Assembly (NCBI GenBank): GCA_000002445.1
Contig: CP000069.1
Location: 1,184,001 to 1,248,000, forward strand
DNA from: Trypanosoma brucei
Taxonomy: Eukaryota
Reading direction: 5' to 3'
Length of the DNA: 64,000 nucleotides
The position numbers were made by a program, and so were the translations under genes. The notes beneath the pieces were generated by a model, which worked only from the letters and a program-made list of their open reading frames with translations, made no database searches and was not told where the DNA came from. This document shows positions 45,843 to 56,696 of the stretch, piece after piece; the stretch's first letter is position 1; each line of letters opens with the position of its first letter.

Positions 45843-47363
45843 CTAACCGTCTTCCTCACCATCATCATCATCATCCTCTTCGTCGTCATCCTCCTCATCC
45901 TCCTCCTCTTCATAAAATTCTTCTTCACATTTCTCCACTAGAAGGATTGAGGTATCCCCCGACCTCTTTACAAGCGCTGCTTCACTGAAATCTGACTGCA
46001 CAAATGCCGTGATGATGGTGTCCGCTACCGTCCACATGTTAGCAACCTTTATACCCAATTGGGCAGCGAGTGGGGAAGGATCGTTCGTAAATGTCGCAAG
46101 CACTTCGTGACGAAGTGGGTCAAACACCCCGGCACCCTTACGACACCGTGAAATGAAACCAATCTTCATGTGTGCACCCGAGAGGTGACAAAGGGCGATC
46201 CAGCGGGCCATCTTCTGCGCATTCCTCCGATACTCTTCCGATATACATGTGGCGGTCTGCGAAGCCAACATCTTGCGCCAATCGTTCTCCTCACCTTTGA
46301 TGCAGTGCTCCAATAGCCCAAAGAGTCGAATGTGTTTATCACCTTGCATCGCGTCCACCTCGCAACGGACAATCAAATCGTACCTGTCCTTGGTGTCAGC
46401 GTGCATAACGAACCGGCGGTAGCGGTACAAGCGAGGATGCTTCCCCGGAAAGGGGCTTTTTTCACAGTCCATCTGGTACCGAGCGGCCGTACAGGACTGC
46501 GCAACAAAGAAATTGTTTACCTTGGATGATTCCGCCTCGAGACTGCTAGTGCGGTCGGTCTCCACCACCTCGGTCTCCGAAGGGACACGCGACACGTCAG
46601 CAGTTTCGTCCACCCATTGCTTCTCGACGTTGCAACCATCAACTTTCGATATAAAGTAAAAACGGCCGACGCGATAGAAGTGAAGATGCCAGGAGTACAC
46701 GCTTCGGCTGCACGTCATGAGGAGTGCAAGCACTTCGTCAGTTGCCACGACGATTGGGTAAGTGCCCGGTGGTTCACTCTTGAGAATACCACGCAGTACA
46801 TTGTCGGTAAACGAATCCGAACGTGTAAAATCCACCTTTGTTTCTTTTTCGTTAAGTGGGATCGGGGCTTTACAGGATGCCTTATCCATCTCATTCTTAT
46901 ACACTGGTGGTCGGTTGTGCTGTGATATGTCAGATACTGTCGGTAGGCTGGTAAGGTTTGGCATCTTGGCAAGCTCAGCCTGTCGAAACTGCTCAAGGAT
47001 GACAGCGTCAGACGGCACCTTGACGGTATCGGGAGGTAGGGTGATATTTCGCTTGGGTTTGTTCTGAAAGTTGCGGCGGGAATTCTGATGGCGCCTAGGA
47101 GCTGACCAATCCGGAACTTGACGCCGCTCCTTCACGCGCGTGCTCTTTAGTATTTTGTTTCTCTTTTCATCCTCAACGATCGTGAATTCACGTTGCCTCC
47201 CACCTTCAACGGGTTCTAACACCCTAAGCCAGTCAAACGGCTCAACGGCTTCTCTCTTATGGTATAATGAGCCCACTGTGGTTTCAATTTTCCCCCCTTG
47301 AACCTCTGGGGGTCCCCAGGAGGACTGCTCATTGATGTGAATCTGGGGTAACACAAAGGCCAT
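45843..47363 (-). CDS. EIF3D: eukaryotic translation initiation factor 3 subunit D (eIF3d)
   Basis: MAFVLPQIHINEQSSWGP matches the eIF3d N-terminus; ATDEVLALLMTCSRSVYSW, YRYRRFVMHADTKDRYDLIVRCE, KMARWIALCHLSGAHMKIGFISR and an acidic C-terminal tail EEEEDEEDDDEEDDDDDGEEDG match eIF3d; start trimmed to ATG 47361-47363. Confidence 0.8.
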   Translation of the reverse strand: MAFVLPQIHINEQSSWGPPEVQGGKIETTVGSLYHKREAVEPFDWLRVLEPVEGGRQREFTIVEDEKRNKILKSTRVKERRQVPDWSAPRRHQNSRRNFQNKPKRNITLPPDTVKVPSDAVILEQFRQAELAKMPNLTSLPTVSDISQHNRPPVYKNEMDKASCKAPIPLNEKETKVDFTRSDSFTDNVLRGILKSEPPGTYPIVVATDEVLALLMTCSRSVYSWHLHFYRVGRFYFISKVDGCNVEKQWVDETADVSRVPSETEVVETDRTSSLEAESSKVNNFFVAQSCTAARYQMDCEKSPFPGKHPRLYRYRRFVMHADTKDRYDLIVRCEVDAMQGDKHIRLFGLLEHCIKGEENDWRKMLASQTATCISEEYRRNAQKMARWIALCHLSGAHMKIGFISRCRKGAGVFDPLRHEVLATFTNDPSPLAAQLGIKVANMWTVADTIITAFVQSDFSEAALVKRSGDTSILLVEKCEEEFYEEEEDEEDDDEEDDDDDGEEDG

Positions 47364-48007
47364 CAAAAACGAAACCACTAAGTTTGAAACTGAAATGTGG
47401 TCCACGGGAAAAAGAAAAAAGGAAGAAAGAGGATCTGTATTTATAACAAACATAAGTGAATGGAAAAGACAGACAAAACAAAATAGTAATGACAACCACA
47501 CACACGTACATGCACACGTCCACATTCCTGCCTACAACACCCGCGCGAGTAGAGAATGGAAGCAACGAACGAGCAGTCTCTCCGTGCAACCTTCGCACCC
47601 AACAGCAGTGAAAAGATGGAAACAAAAAACATAACATCAGGTGTCAAAGAAACGCCTAAATGCTAAACAGCAATGTCCGCTGTACAATTTGGAAGAAAGA
47701 AACAAATAACATCAACATGATCAAATACGGAAGTACAAAAAAGGATAAGCTGGGACTCATTTTCCTGAGGGTGAGGTATAGGCTTGAAGTTGAAATAGAA
47801 TTTGCAAAAGGTGCCCAACTAATGTGCACGTGCACCATCATCTATGTAAAAATGCAATATCAGAGGCAACATTACCTACTGTGGGCACAACTTGTCTACA
47901 GCTGCGCCAGTACTCCCGCAGTTCCCCAATAACTCGCATGTTCCATCAAACTGTATTTTTAAACCCATCTTGACTAGCGAATCCGCGCCGCCACGGACCC
48001 ATTTGGG

Positions 48008-49276
48008 TCAATCAACCTTCCCCTTTTCGGCAGCCCGCTGGCTACGTCGCTTCCTCTTTAAATAATCTACAACAACCTGCGGACTCGGCTCTGCGTCAGT
48101 TTCGTTCCGAATTTCAGATTTCGCTGCATTAATGTCTTCGTCGCTAAAGTCATTTCCTGTTAGAGATTGAACCGCTAGTAAAAACCCATCGGCATCCCTG
48201 CCGTTGCCGTCAGTAAAAGTGGCGGCGCCGTATGCATCTTCAATTGTTTGGAAAAACACGGCGGACTTGTCCGCATACGTCTCGTCGGAAAGAAGCAGGA
48301 GGAGGCGGCCGTTAAGCTTCACGACAGTTGAAAAATGGTTATTCCAAAAGAGAACTACCACCTCGCCCTCACACAAATCCTGTCGGAGCATTTCCAAACC
48401 AGCCTCCGTCAACTGAGACTGGGTGCTGCGAAGGAATTCCCCAGCAAGATCCGAGAGGGGGGAGTCACTCTTCGTCGCAATGACGCTTACCTCATTGAAA
48501 GACATTTCCCGCAGCGCAGCGAACGGGCTTTCCGCTGGGATGAACCAGCCGTGAACTACGCGCAACCCAGAAAGCGCAAACAGCATCACATCACTTTCGG
48601 CCTCAAAGCAGTCCACACCACAAAAACTTGGGCTTATGTTCATACCGTAATATAACCGACGCATTGTCTTCTCTCCTTCATTTTCTTGGGCCAAATAAGA
48701 CCTTACCTCCTCCAAACGCTCTTTCACCATCCCTGCTAGTGTGCTAACCTCCACACCATCTACCACCCGCGTCGGTGCGGATGTGAAGCGCGGGGCAACG
48801 GGCTTGTCGTTCGCTGTGGCGTGGTTAAGCAACATGTGACGCACGTGAACGCCTTCAACGCGGCGGCAGTCACCATCGCATAGTTGAATCCGCCCTGCAA
48901 GCGCCAAAGCATTGGCGACAGCCAACAAGGGGCAAGGACCGTTGTAGTCCTGTGTAACGATACTAACATGTCGACCGCAAAAAATACCGTGCTTGACACG
49001 GTGCGAATCAACTGGCGTGACCTCTATTGGCGCATCTGGAATTGTCTGCAAACGACCGGCCGCAAACTCCTCCCGCGTGAAACCGGTTGCGATAAGAGAC
49101 TGATGCATTTCATCGAGAAGTACATAAAGCTTCTCGTCTGAGACGCCCAGAGTGGCGCCTTCACCCCGTGGGGTGCGCAACCGCTGCTGGTAGACGCACC
49201 CAAATGGAGACGTCGCCTCGGCAGTTATGTCCAAACTTCGCATCACACCGTCGTCACACATGAATTCACACTCCAT
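48008..49276 (-). CDS. MINDY-family (FAM63/DUF544) deubiquitinase-like cysteine protease
   Basis: VTQDYNGPCPLLAVANALALAG (catalytic Cys context) and VVVLFWNNHFSTVVKLNGRLLLLLSDETY resemble MINDY-1/2 catalytic-domain segments; track start 49283-49285 is GTG, first ATG is 49274-49276 (MECEFMCDDG). Confidence 0.7.
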   Translation of the reverse strand: MECEFMCDDGVMRSLDITAEATSPFGCVYQQRLRTPRGEGATLGVSDEKLYVLLDEMHQSLIATGFTREEFAAGRLQTIPDAPIEVTPVDSHRVKHGIFCGRHVSIVTQDYNGPCPLLAVANALALAGRIQLCDGDCRRVEGVHVRHMLLNHATANDKPVAPRFTSAPTRVVDGVEVSTLAGMVKERLEEVRSYLAQENEGEKTMRRLYYGMNISPSFCGVDCFEAESDVMLFALSGLRVVHGWFIPAESPFAALREMSFNEVSVIATKSDSPLSDLAGEFLRSTQSQLTEAGLEMLRQDLCEGEVVVLFWNNHFSTVVKLNGRLLLLLSDETYADKSAVFFQTIEDAYGAATFTDGNGRDADGFLLAVQSLTGNDFSDEDINAAKSEIRNETDAEPSPQVVVDYLKRKRRSQRAAEKGKVD

Positions 49277-50637
49277 CTTGCACACCTGGATCCCACTAAT
49301 ATCGGCTGCTCAACACTACCCCCAAACACTTGCGTGCTTCCCGTTTGTTGTTCACCCACGTGAAGTTTTTATAGAACGTGGGTTCACCAAAAGTACCTCT
49401 CAACCGCTACTCTCTACTGTCCTTCACCCTTTGCAATCGGTGGAAGCCGTGGGACGCCCTTCCTCACCCCACCCCCACCGCGCCGCTCCTCCTTCTTGAA
49501 AAGCCTATGCGTCTGTTTTAGGAGTTTGTGAGTCCTCCTCCTCTTTCTATTGAATGGGCACAGTGCCTAATGAGAATTTCACACCAGAATTGACTGTCAA
49601 CGAGGTAGAATGCTATTCTAACAAGTGATTTCTTCACCCTTCCTTCAACAACGAATACAGAGGAAAACTAAGCGGGCTGAACGAGCACCAGGCATTGTAC
49701 TTGGATTATGGGAACGGTGTTCAATAGCACAGGGAGGGAACAAGAAAAAGTTACTTGTTTGTGTATGTCGATGATGAACACACTTATATGAGAGCCAGAA
49801 CAGAGGAAGGGTGTAAAAAGAAAAAGAGAAGGAAGCAGAAATATGCATATTCTCATGAACTCAGCTGCTGTTATTGTTTGTCCTCTCCCTTTCCTCCTTA
49901 TTTACTTTATTCAGTTTTTTTTTCACCCTGTTTTGAGTCGGCGACCGCCCTTCAGCTACCCGTAGCAAAGCACTCCTCACACACACTCATTGGTATACCA
50001 GTGGCAGAAACAGCGACACCTGACCCAAGTTCGAAAAGGAAGAAGAAGAAGAGAACTCAAGCAAGAAAAATCACACGCGCTTTTCTGTTTCACCCACCCC
50101 CGACGCGGTGAAAGCAACCACAGACAAGGAGGGTGGGCATGTATATATATATATAGTGAGCGAATGAGAATAATACATCATAAGGGAAGAAAAAAAGGGG
50201 GAAGGAAAGGAAATCAATGATGAAGGCGCACAGACGATAACCACATTACATGGAAACGTAATTCAATTCAGTGCAACCGCTTTAAGAAAGGAAAGCAACT
50301 ACCTCATGCACAGAATACACATACATATGTACATGTATATATGTATATATATATAAGGGGGAAAGGGGGCGAACACATTTACCACGAAGTTTTTTTTTTT
50401 AAAGCAAAGAAAAATAAAAAGGTAGGATAACAAAGGGGGAAATATTGTTCTTTCCACATTAAACTATACCCCCCTTCTACCATCTGTGCATAAGCAACAG
50501 TACACATGGTGTACAAAAAGAAATACTAAACCAGGTATATGGAATCGTCAGCACGCAGACATTGTATAAAAATCAGCAGTAAACAAAAAAGGAGAATAGC
50601 GGGGTGAGATTAAAACATGAGTCATAAAAAACTTGCA

Positions 50638-53600
50638 TCAGTTGGAGCGCAGGCGGCGGAGGAAACGCTTTAACACACCCGGGCTACCTGCTTCTTTTTC
50701 CATGGCCATCTTAATCTTGCAATCCAACAATTCTTGTGTTGCACGTCGTAGCGTTTCCTCAAGAATTTGCTCCCTCTGGGATTTTTCCGTTGCCAATCGC
50801 GACAAGTGGGCTGCCGTAACCAATTGTTTCTTTTCCACCAGTTCACAGCGCTCTTGAACAGTTCGAATGACGCTGGATTGCCTCTCGCGCTCCTCATTAA
50901 GTGATTTCAGCATATTCTGCATGCGATGCTTTTCTTCCTCCTCCGAACGAAGCCTGGCTAACAGTTCATCTTGGCACATTAGTTGCTCATTCAGTTCCTC
51001 CTCTTCGCGCTCGATCAACTCGTTATACGAGTCTGGAAGCTCACAACACGGTGTGATGCCACAACGCAGCATCTGGTTCTTCAGACGAATGCAGAGCTTC
51101 GCTGCATACTGCGCCTTCGACGCCTTCTCGAGTATGGTCTCCTCCTTCATTTGTAGTTCCGCATCCTTCTTCTCCAACAGGGCCTCCACCTCCGCGCCAT
51201 CCTCTCCATCGCGCTCAGCCAATTGAGCTGCCAACTTGCGTTCGGACTCCCGAACTAAACGCAAAATTGACATATACTCATCCATTGCAATGGCGTCAAC
51301 AGGAGGAGGGGCGTTCTGAGGATCTTCCACCTGGATTTGCGCAGTCACCATCTGCTGCTGCAACTCACAAATGACGCGTCGGTGAAACTCTTCATTCGAC
51401 CTCGCAGCATTGAGCAAGTGCTCCTGCCGTTCAATTGTTTCCAATAACACATCGATTTCCTCCTCTTTTACACGGAGCAGCACATCCATATCGGTATCCT
51501 CCGGTGGCTCCCTTGCATCTGTTTCCGATGACGTCACTGGTGCAGAGCCGGGGAAACCAAGTTTGATTGGGGGTACGTACGGCCCCGGAACCTCAACACC
51601 ATGCGAAGCAAGTTGCGTCTCAACAGCCTCAACGCGGTCCTGAAGCGACTTCCTCTCACGCATGCTGAATTCCAGTTGCTCCGTAAGCTGCTTCACGGTC
51701 CTTTGCAAGTTTTCATTTTGAGTGTTGTTTGGGGATGGCGTGCCATCCTTTTGAGGTGGTTTACGCTGCGTCGAACACAGGTTGCGCGCGGCGTCAAACG
51801 GGGAAGGACCTCGTGCAGTTGCGCACGGCGGACATCGAAGCCGGGCTGTGAGTGGAATAGCGGTTGCGGTTAATTCAAACTTCAACTGCTCCACCTCCCG
51901 CGCCAGCTCCCGGTTGTGCGCCTTCGCTTCATCAAGGTCGGCCTGCATGGTGACACGAAGAGTTTCCATCTCAGAAACATCCACCATCTGAGTGCGCTTC
52001 TCAGAAAGGAATTCCGTCAAATCATCAGTGTCATTCAATGAAATGCCACTGTTTTCCAATGCGGCGCGATATTGTGTGTTTTCGTCGCGGAGTCGGTTTA
52101 TCTCCTCCAACCGCTCAGAGCAGAGCTGCGAAAGACGATCCACTTCCGCAAGCAATTCCACACCCTTAGCACGATGGCGTTGCACATCCGCCTCCAGCCG
52201 GTTCCGCATCTCCTCCACCTGGCCAACGTCCAGAAAGGTTTCGGGAAACGTCGCCTCCTCTATAGGCACTCCACCGAGCTCCTTCACTTGCTCCCTGAGC
52301 ACCTCAATATGTTCGTGGAGTCTCACCGTGTCGTTCGCTCGGCTGGCCAATATGGCGTCCTTTTCGGACAGTTGCTTCAAAACTCTGACGAGATCATCAT
52401 TTGTTCCCTCACGCGCGTTGTCGAGCTTCTTTTGGAACTCCGCAATGATAAGATCTTGCGCCAATTTCATCTCTGCCCGTCGCTTCGCTTCCTGATGCTC
52501 CTGCTCGCGAATAAGGTGGACGATCTCCTTTGAATACACTTCCTCCCTGTATTGGAACTCCTCGTCTTGCTGCTCCTGGAGGTTTTCCACCTCAGCCTTG
52601 TATACTTCACGCAGGTTCAGCATCTGCTCTTCCGATGCACCAGTTCTCTTCAGTTCAGCCATCTCAATCTCAAAACGTCTGTCAATGTCTTCCCGGCGAT
52701 CGTTGTAACGCTCCATTAACTCGTGTCTTTCTGCGTCACGAGAAGCGATCTGCACTTCGAGTAAATTGATTCTCTCGTCCCTTTCATCCAAGAGTGATTG
52801 CAGCTTCTGGGCCAGCTTCTGGTAATCCACATGAACCGACTGTTTGGCCGTCACCTTCACATCCATTGCTCGCAAACCAAACTGCAGTGAATTTGTGGTT
52901 TCGTGGAGGTGATCACTACTTGGCCCAACAGTCAAAATAATAGAGGTACGGCTCCTTCCGCCAATAGAGTCCTGCAGGATCCGCGTCAGCTTCGAATCAC
53001 GCCAAGGAATGTGCCGGCTACCTGACGACAAACACGACACAACGTGACCAAGTGAAAGAAGAGAGGCGTTGATGCACTTCGCCTCATCCTTCATAATGGG
53101 GTTGTCATGTGTAATACCAGTTTTACTAAAACGCTCGTATCCTGCTAAGTCGATGAATGTAATCTTTCCCTTCAGTTTACCTGCCTCTGGGTCGCTGGGG
53201 CTCTCTGATACGATGCGGAGAACTAAAGCTGTATGGCCGCGGCTGGACTCCGGATTCATAGCAGTCGCAGTTACAACCCGACGGTCATTGCCGATGCGGT
53301 AAAAGCGCATAAACTCTTGGGCACTCAGAAGAACATGGGAGCTGCAACCGGTAAGTTCTACGCCCCCTTGTTCGTCGAAGTGAATATCCACTCGGTCCCT
53401 TCCAGTTGCACTCATCAAGTCACCAAGGTTGTCACGGTAAATCTGAACAAACTGTCCTGTCACTTCATAACTCCGCGCATTGTCTGATTGAATTTTGTCG
53501 AAAATAAGTTTGGCGGACCGTGGAATGATGCCTTCTTGGCCAGGAGTGGTATTACACATAGTGAAAGACTTACCTGTACCCGTCTGTCCGTAGCACATCA

Positions 53601-53973
53601 ACGCTGAGCAAAAACCTTTAAATGCGTGTGTTATGCAAGGGACGGCCACCGCTTCAAATATATCACTTTGTGTACATTCGTCGCCAAAAGCACCATCAAA
53701 CTTGTAAAAGCGTTGATCCTTCACAACAATATCATTCCCGCTTACTGTCACTAGTTGGAACCCACCGTTCTTAAAATCAGTCTTGTTCCGTGGCCTCAAC
53801 CTGCAATAAACAAGACACCGTGCTATATTCTTTGGCACACCGGTATCCCCAGCAGCTGTCCCGCCAGTAGACTCACCTCTGCTCCGCCGTCCTTCATCTG
53901 GTTTTACAACCGACTCGGGAACGGCCACTGAATCGCCGGCCGCCGTTCCCTCTTTCACATCGGCATCCGACAT
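50638..53973 (-). CDS. kinesin-like motor protein with long C-terminal coiled coil (1111 aa)
   Basis: N-terminal motor domain with P-loop GQTGTGKSFTM, switch I SSRGHTALVL, switch II DLAGYERF; remainder E/L/R/Q-rich heptad repeats; ATG verified 53971-53973. Confidence 0.85.
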   Translation of the reverse strand: MSDADVKEGTAAGDSVAVPESVVKPDEGRRSRGESTGGTAAGDTGVPKNIARCLVYCRLRPRNKTDFKNGGFQLVTVSGNDIVVKDQRFYKFDGAFGDECTQSDIFEAVAVPCITHAFKGFCSALMCYGQTGTGKSFTMCNTTPGQEGIIPRSAKLIFDKIQSDNARSYEVTGQFVQIYRDNLGDLMSATGRDRVDIHFDEQGGVELTGCSSHVLLSAQEFMRFYRIGNDRRVVTATAMNPESSRGHTALVLRIVSESPSDPEAGKLKGKITFIDLAGYERFSKTGITHDNPIMKDEAKCINASLLSLGHVVSCLSSGSRHIPWRDSKLTRILQDSIGGRSRTSIILTVGPSSDHLHETTNSLQFGLRAMDVKVTAKQSVHVDYQKLAQKLQSLLDERDERINLLEVQIASRDAERHELMERYNDRREDIDRRFEIEMAELKRTGASEEQMLNLREVYKAEVENLQEQQDEEFQYREEVYSKEIVHLIREQEHQEAKRRAEMKLAQDLIIAEFQKKLDNAREGTNDDLVRVLKQLSEKDAILASRANDTVRLHEHIEVLREQVKELGGVPIEEATFPETFLDVGQVEEMRNRLEADVQRHRAKGVELLAEVDRLSQLCSERLEEINRLRDENTQYRAALENSGISLNDTDDLTEFLSEKRTQMVDVSEMETLRVTMQADLDEAKAHNRELAREVEQLKFELTATAIPLTARLRCPPCATARGPSPFDAARNLCSTQRKPPQKDGTPSPNNTQNENLQRTVKQLTEQLEFSMRERKSLQDRVEAVETQLASHGVEVPGPYVPPIKLGFPGSAPVTSSETDAREPPEDTDMDVLLRVKEEEIDVLLETIERQEHLLNAARSNEEFHRRVICELQQQMVTAQIQVEDPQNAPPPVDAIAMDEYMSILRLVRESERKLAAQLAERDGEDGAEVEALLEKKDAELQMKEETILEKASKAQYAAKLCIRLKNQMLRCGITPCCELPDSYNELIEREEEELNEQLMCQDELLARLRSEEEEKHRMQNMLKSLNEERERQSSVIRTVQERCELVEKKQLVTAAHLSRLATEKSQREQILEETLRRATQELLDCKIKMAMEKEAGSPGVLKRFLRRLRSN

Positions 53974-54418
53974 AGCAGCAGCAAAATTGTATATTCCCTA
54001 CAAGCACAGTAACTACAAAAATAAAGCAAAACTCAAGCTACACCACTACCTTACCGAGCAGCGTATAAACGTTTACGGGCTAACTTCTTATACGTTTCCC
54101 AAACAACTAACAGTTCACCACCAATAAAAAAAAGAAAAGTTACAGTAAACAAACTTTCCTAGGAACAGTTACGTATATACCAATTGTTCTATATATAGGA
54201 GTCTATTTCTTAACACCTCAAGCTTCAAAAAAAAAAAGTACAAAAAGAAAAGGAAGATACCAACAAAAAAAAAAAGCAATCTCAACATAATACTTTGAAA
54301 AAAAAAACACTCCAGAGATTAAATACACAAACTTTACACCTTTGAAGAGTGAACGGGGGAAAAGAAAAGAAAAGAGGGATGGACAACAACCTCGCTACGT
54401 TCAATGAAGTCAAGAAGC

Positions 54419-56230
54419 CTAACCTGTAGAACCGCTTGTTGATACTCCCTTCAAGTCGTCACAGGGAATGTCCCATTTCCTAAACGATGCTATGCACAAC
54501 GAAAGACAACGAGGGTCAACAGGGGACTGTGTTGCGCGAAGCACCGCAACAAGTTGCCGTACACTCCCAATGTCGACAACGAGACAAAGCATCTTGAAAA
54601 GACGAACAGATAATCTGCTTTCGATAGAAACGCTTCTCTGCCTGTGGTACTCAACCAACATCATCGCGGTTGAAACATCCTGAGCATCAACTGCCAACTC
54701 AAGGCCACCACGAAGAAATTCCGCTGTCACTTCAACACCCAAATCTACCATGTCCTCCAGAAATGTTGGTATCTTCTTCACAGCACTTACAGCATTGGGG
54801 GAGGTTGACAGTAGTAAAGTAAACGTGCGTGCTGTCTCTCGCACAGCAACGTTTCGGAAAGTAAATAAGACCAGTGATGCCTTCTGTTCGTCTTTCATTA
54901 ATGCACACGCTTCAAGCACAACATTAAGTGTTTTATGACTCACATTCCCACCCGCAGCTTTGCGCTCCTCCAACAACAACAACGACTCCTCAACCCTGGA
55001 GTCCACTTCCGCAATAAAACGCACAAGCGACATAACTGGATGTGCGTTAAGTAAAGTCAACCGCCTCGTCTCTAAGAAGAGTTTGGGTCTCGAACCTGGG
55101 ATGGAGTCAGATTCCGGAATCTCATCCTCTAATAAATACAACGCCTCCTTCAGTAACCCGGCCCGCACTAACGTCTCCAGGTGAAGGAGCGCCAGTGCAA
55201 ACTTGTGCTGAGGAGGAATAATGCATGGATGAGCGCGAAGATACTTCAATACGTAATCAGCAGAAGCCACATCGCCCCATTTGGCACATTTCGCCATAAG
55301 TTTCAATGCAGTAACATCATTATTCAGCACAGGTCCACCCTTTGCTTCCTGAAGGATCGAAGAACTTTCCTCAAAGGCATTGACACCGATATCGGCGCTG
55401 GCTTCGGCAACCTCCTGCTCGGAAGCGCCTTCCGCTGCTGCAATCAACTGGACAGCAATTGAGGGTGGTGACGCCACATTATTTGTGCTGAGCAACATAT
55501 AGGGAAGAAGCAAGCGGGGAGACATTTTCTCACGGTCCGCAAGCCGCAGTAACTCAAAACATTCCTGAACCATAGTGACGTCGTGGTGGACACGGAGGAG
55601 AGTTTGAAAGCAATGTTGAAGGCGTATTGACAATAAGGGAAACTTTTGCTGCCAGTTCTTCCCCGATGTGATGATGCTCTTAGTATCCTCATGAATGGAA
55701 GGCCACCAGGAGGAATAGTCCTCTCCGAGTCGCGTGTATACGATGAAGAGAGAAATCTTCGTTACTACATCAGGTTCAGCACCTTTCATACGCATTGCCT
55801 CTATGGCGTTTTCAACCTCATACTGATTGAAGGTATCACTAAGGGAAATGGCCAACAGGTATACGTTAAACAGTTCCACAGATGGGGAAGAAAGTTCCAA
55901 CATGCACTGAGCAAATAAAAAGCGCAGTTCCTCAAGCTTATGAAGATCGCAAAGTATCTTCATCATGACAACCGCAAAAGGTTCTGTATCATCAAAAGAA
56001 CCACAAAAACTCTGGAGCGGCTTCATATCCACCGTTGCTATGGAAGTGCCGGAGGTAACTTGTCGGTAATATGTACGAAACTCTTCAAAAACATGCCATG
56101 CGGCTGGTGGGCCCTCTCCATCCGACTGCAGCATCCTCAGAACTCGAATGTACGGATTGTCACCTGTGGAAAAAGTCAAAGAAGCACAGCTGGAAGCAGT
56201 CTTCCTAAGCACATTGAGGCGCCGAATCAT
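54419..56230 (-). CDS. helical-repeat (PPR/TPR-like) protein, possibly mitochondrial
   Basis: 603 aa, repeated amphipathic helix pairs (ALKLMAKCAKWGDVASADYVLKYL, LKEALYLLEDE, TLNVVLEACALMKDEQKASLVLF); N-terminus MIRRLNVLRKTASS presequence-like; ATG verified. Confidence 0.45.
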   Translation of the reverse strand: MIRRLNVLRKTASSCASLTFSTGDNPYIRVLRMLQSDGEGPPAAWHVFEEFRTYYRQVTSGTSIATVDMKPLQSFCGSFDDTEPFAVVMMKILCDLHKLEELRFLFAQCMLELSSPSVELFNVYLLAISLSDTFNQYEVENAIEAMRMKGAEPDVVTKISLFIVYTRLGEDYSSWWPSIHEDTKSIITSGKNWQQKFPLLSIRLQHCFQTLLRVHHDVTMVQECFELLRLADREKMSPRLLLPYMLLSTNNVASPPSIAVQLIAAAEGASEQEVAEASADIGVNAFEESSSILQEAKGGPVLNNDVTALKLMAKCAKWGDVASADYVLKYLRAHPCIIPPQHKFALALLHLETLVRAGLLKEALYLLEDEIPESDSIPGSRPKLFLETRRLTLLNAHPVMSLVRFIAEVDSRVEESLLLLEERKAAGGNVSHKTLNVVLEACALMKDEQKASLVLFTFRNVAVRETARTFTLLLSTSPNAVSAVKKIPTFLEDMVDLGVEVTAEFLRGGLELAVDAQDVSTAMMLVEYHRQRSVSIESRLSVRLFKMLCLVVDIGSVRQLVAVLRATQSPVDPRCLSLCIASFRKWDIPCDDLKGVSTSGSTG

Positions 56231-56696
56231 TGGTATCAGCTCCCCTGCACTCTCACATCCTTACGTGCCGTGGGATATAACATTATTATTATGGGACCAA
56301 AAGAAGGCAGTTAACCGTCAACCATCGGAAAATACAAAAAGTATAGATGAAAAGGTGTGTTAAAACGAGAAAGATGAAATGGGATAGGGTCTCTAAATAA
56401 AATAAGAGAAGTAAGATGAAGAAGATAACCAGAAACAGAACCACTCCAACGCCAAACACGGATGCAACAACGCTAAACACAAGAGAAAGGAAGGGGAATC
56501 GTGTCGCCACTTTAACAACCTTCCAACGTGCGGGATATAATAAACTTAATTATCATGATATTAATTTGTTAACTTAAACCGACTGATAGCAGCTAGATGG
56601 CGAATGAAAAAGACATTAGCAGGGGGAAAATCTGCCTGCGCATATAAAGACTACTTCGAAGACAAGAAACCAACCAAAAGCACAGGGCTGCTCCGT

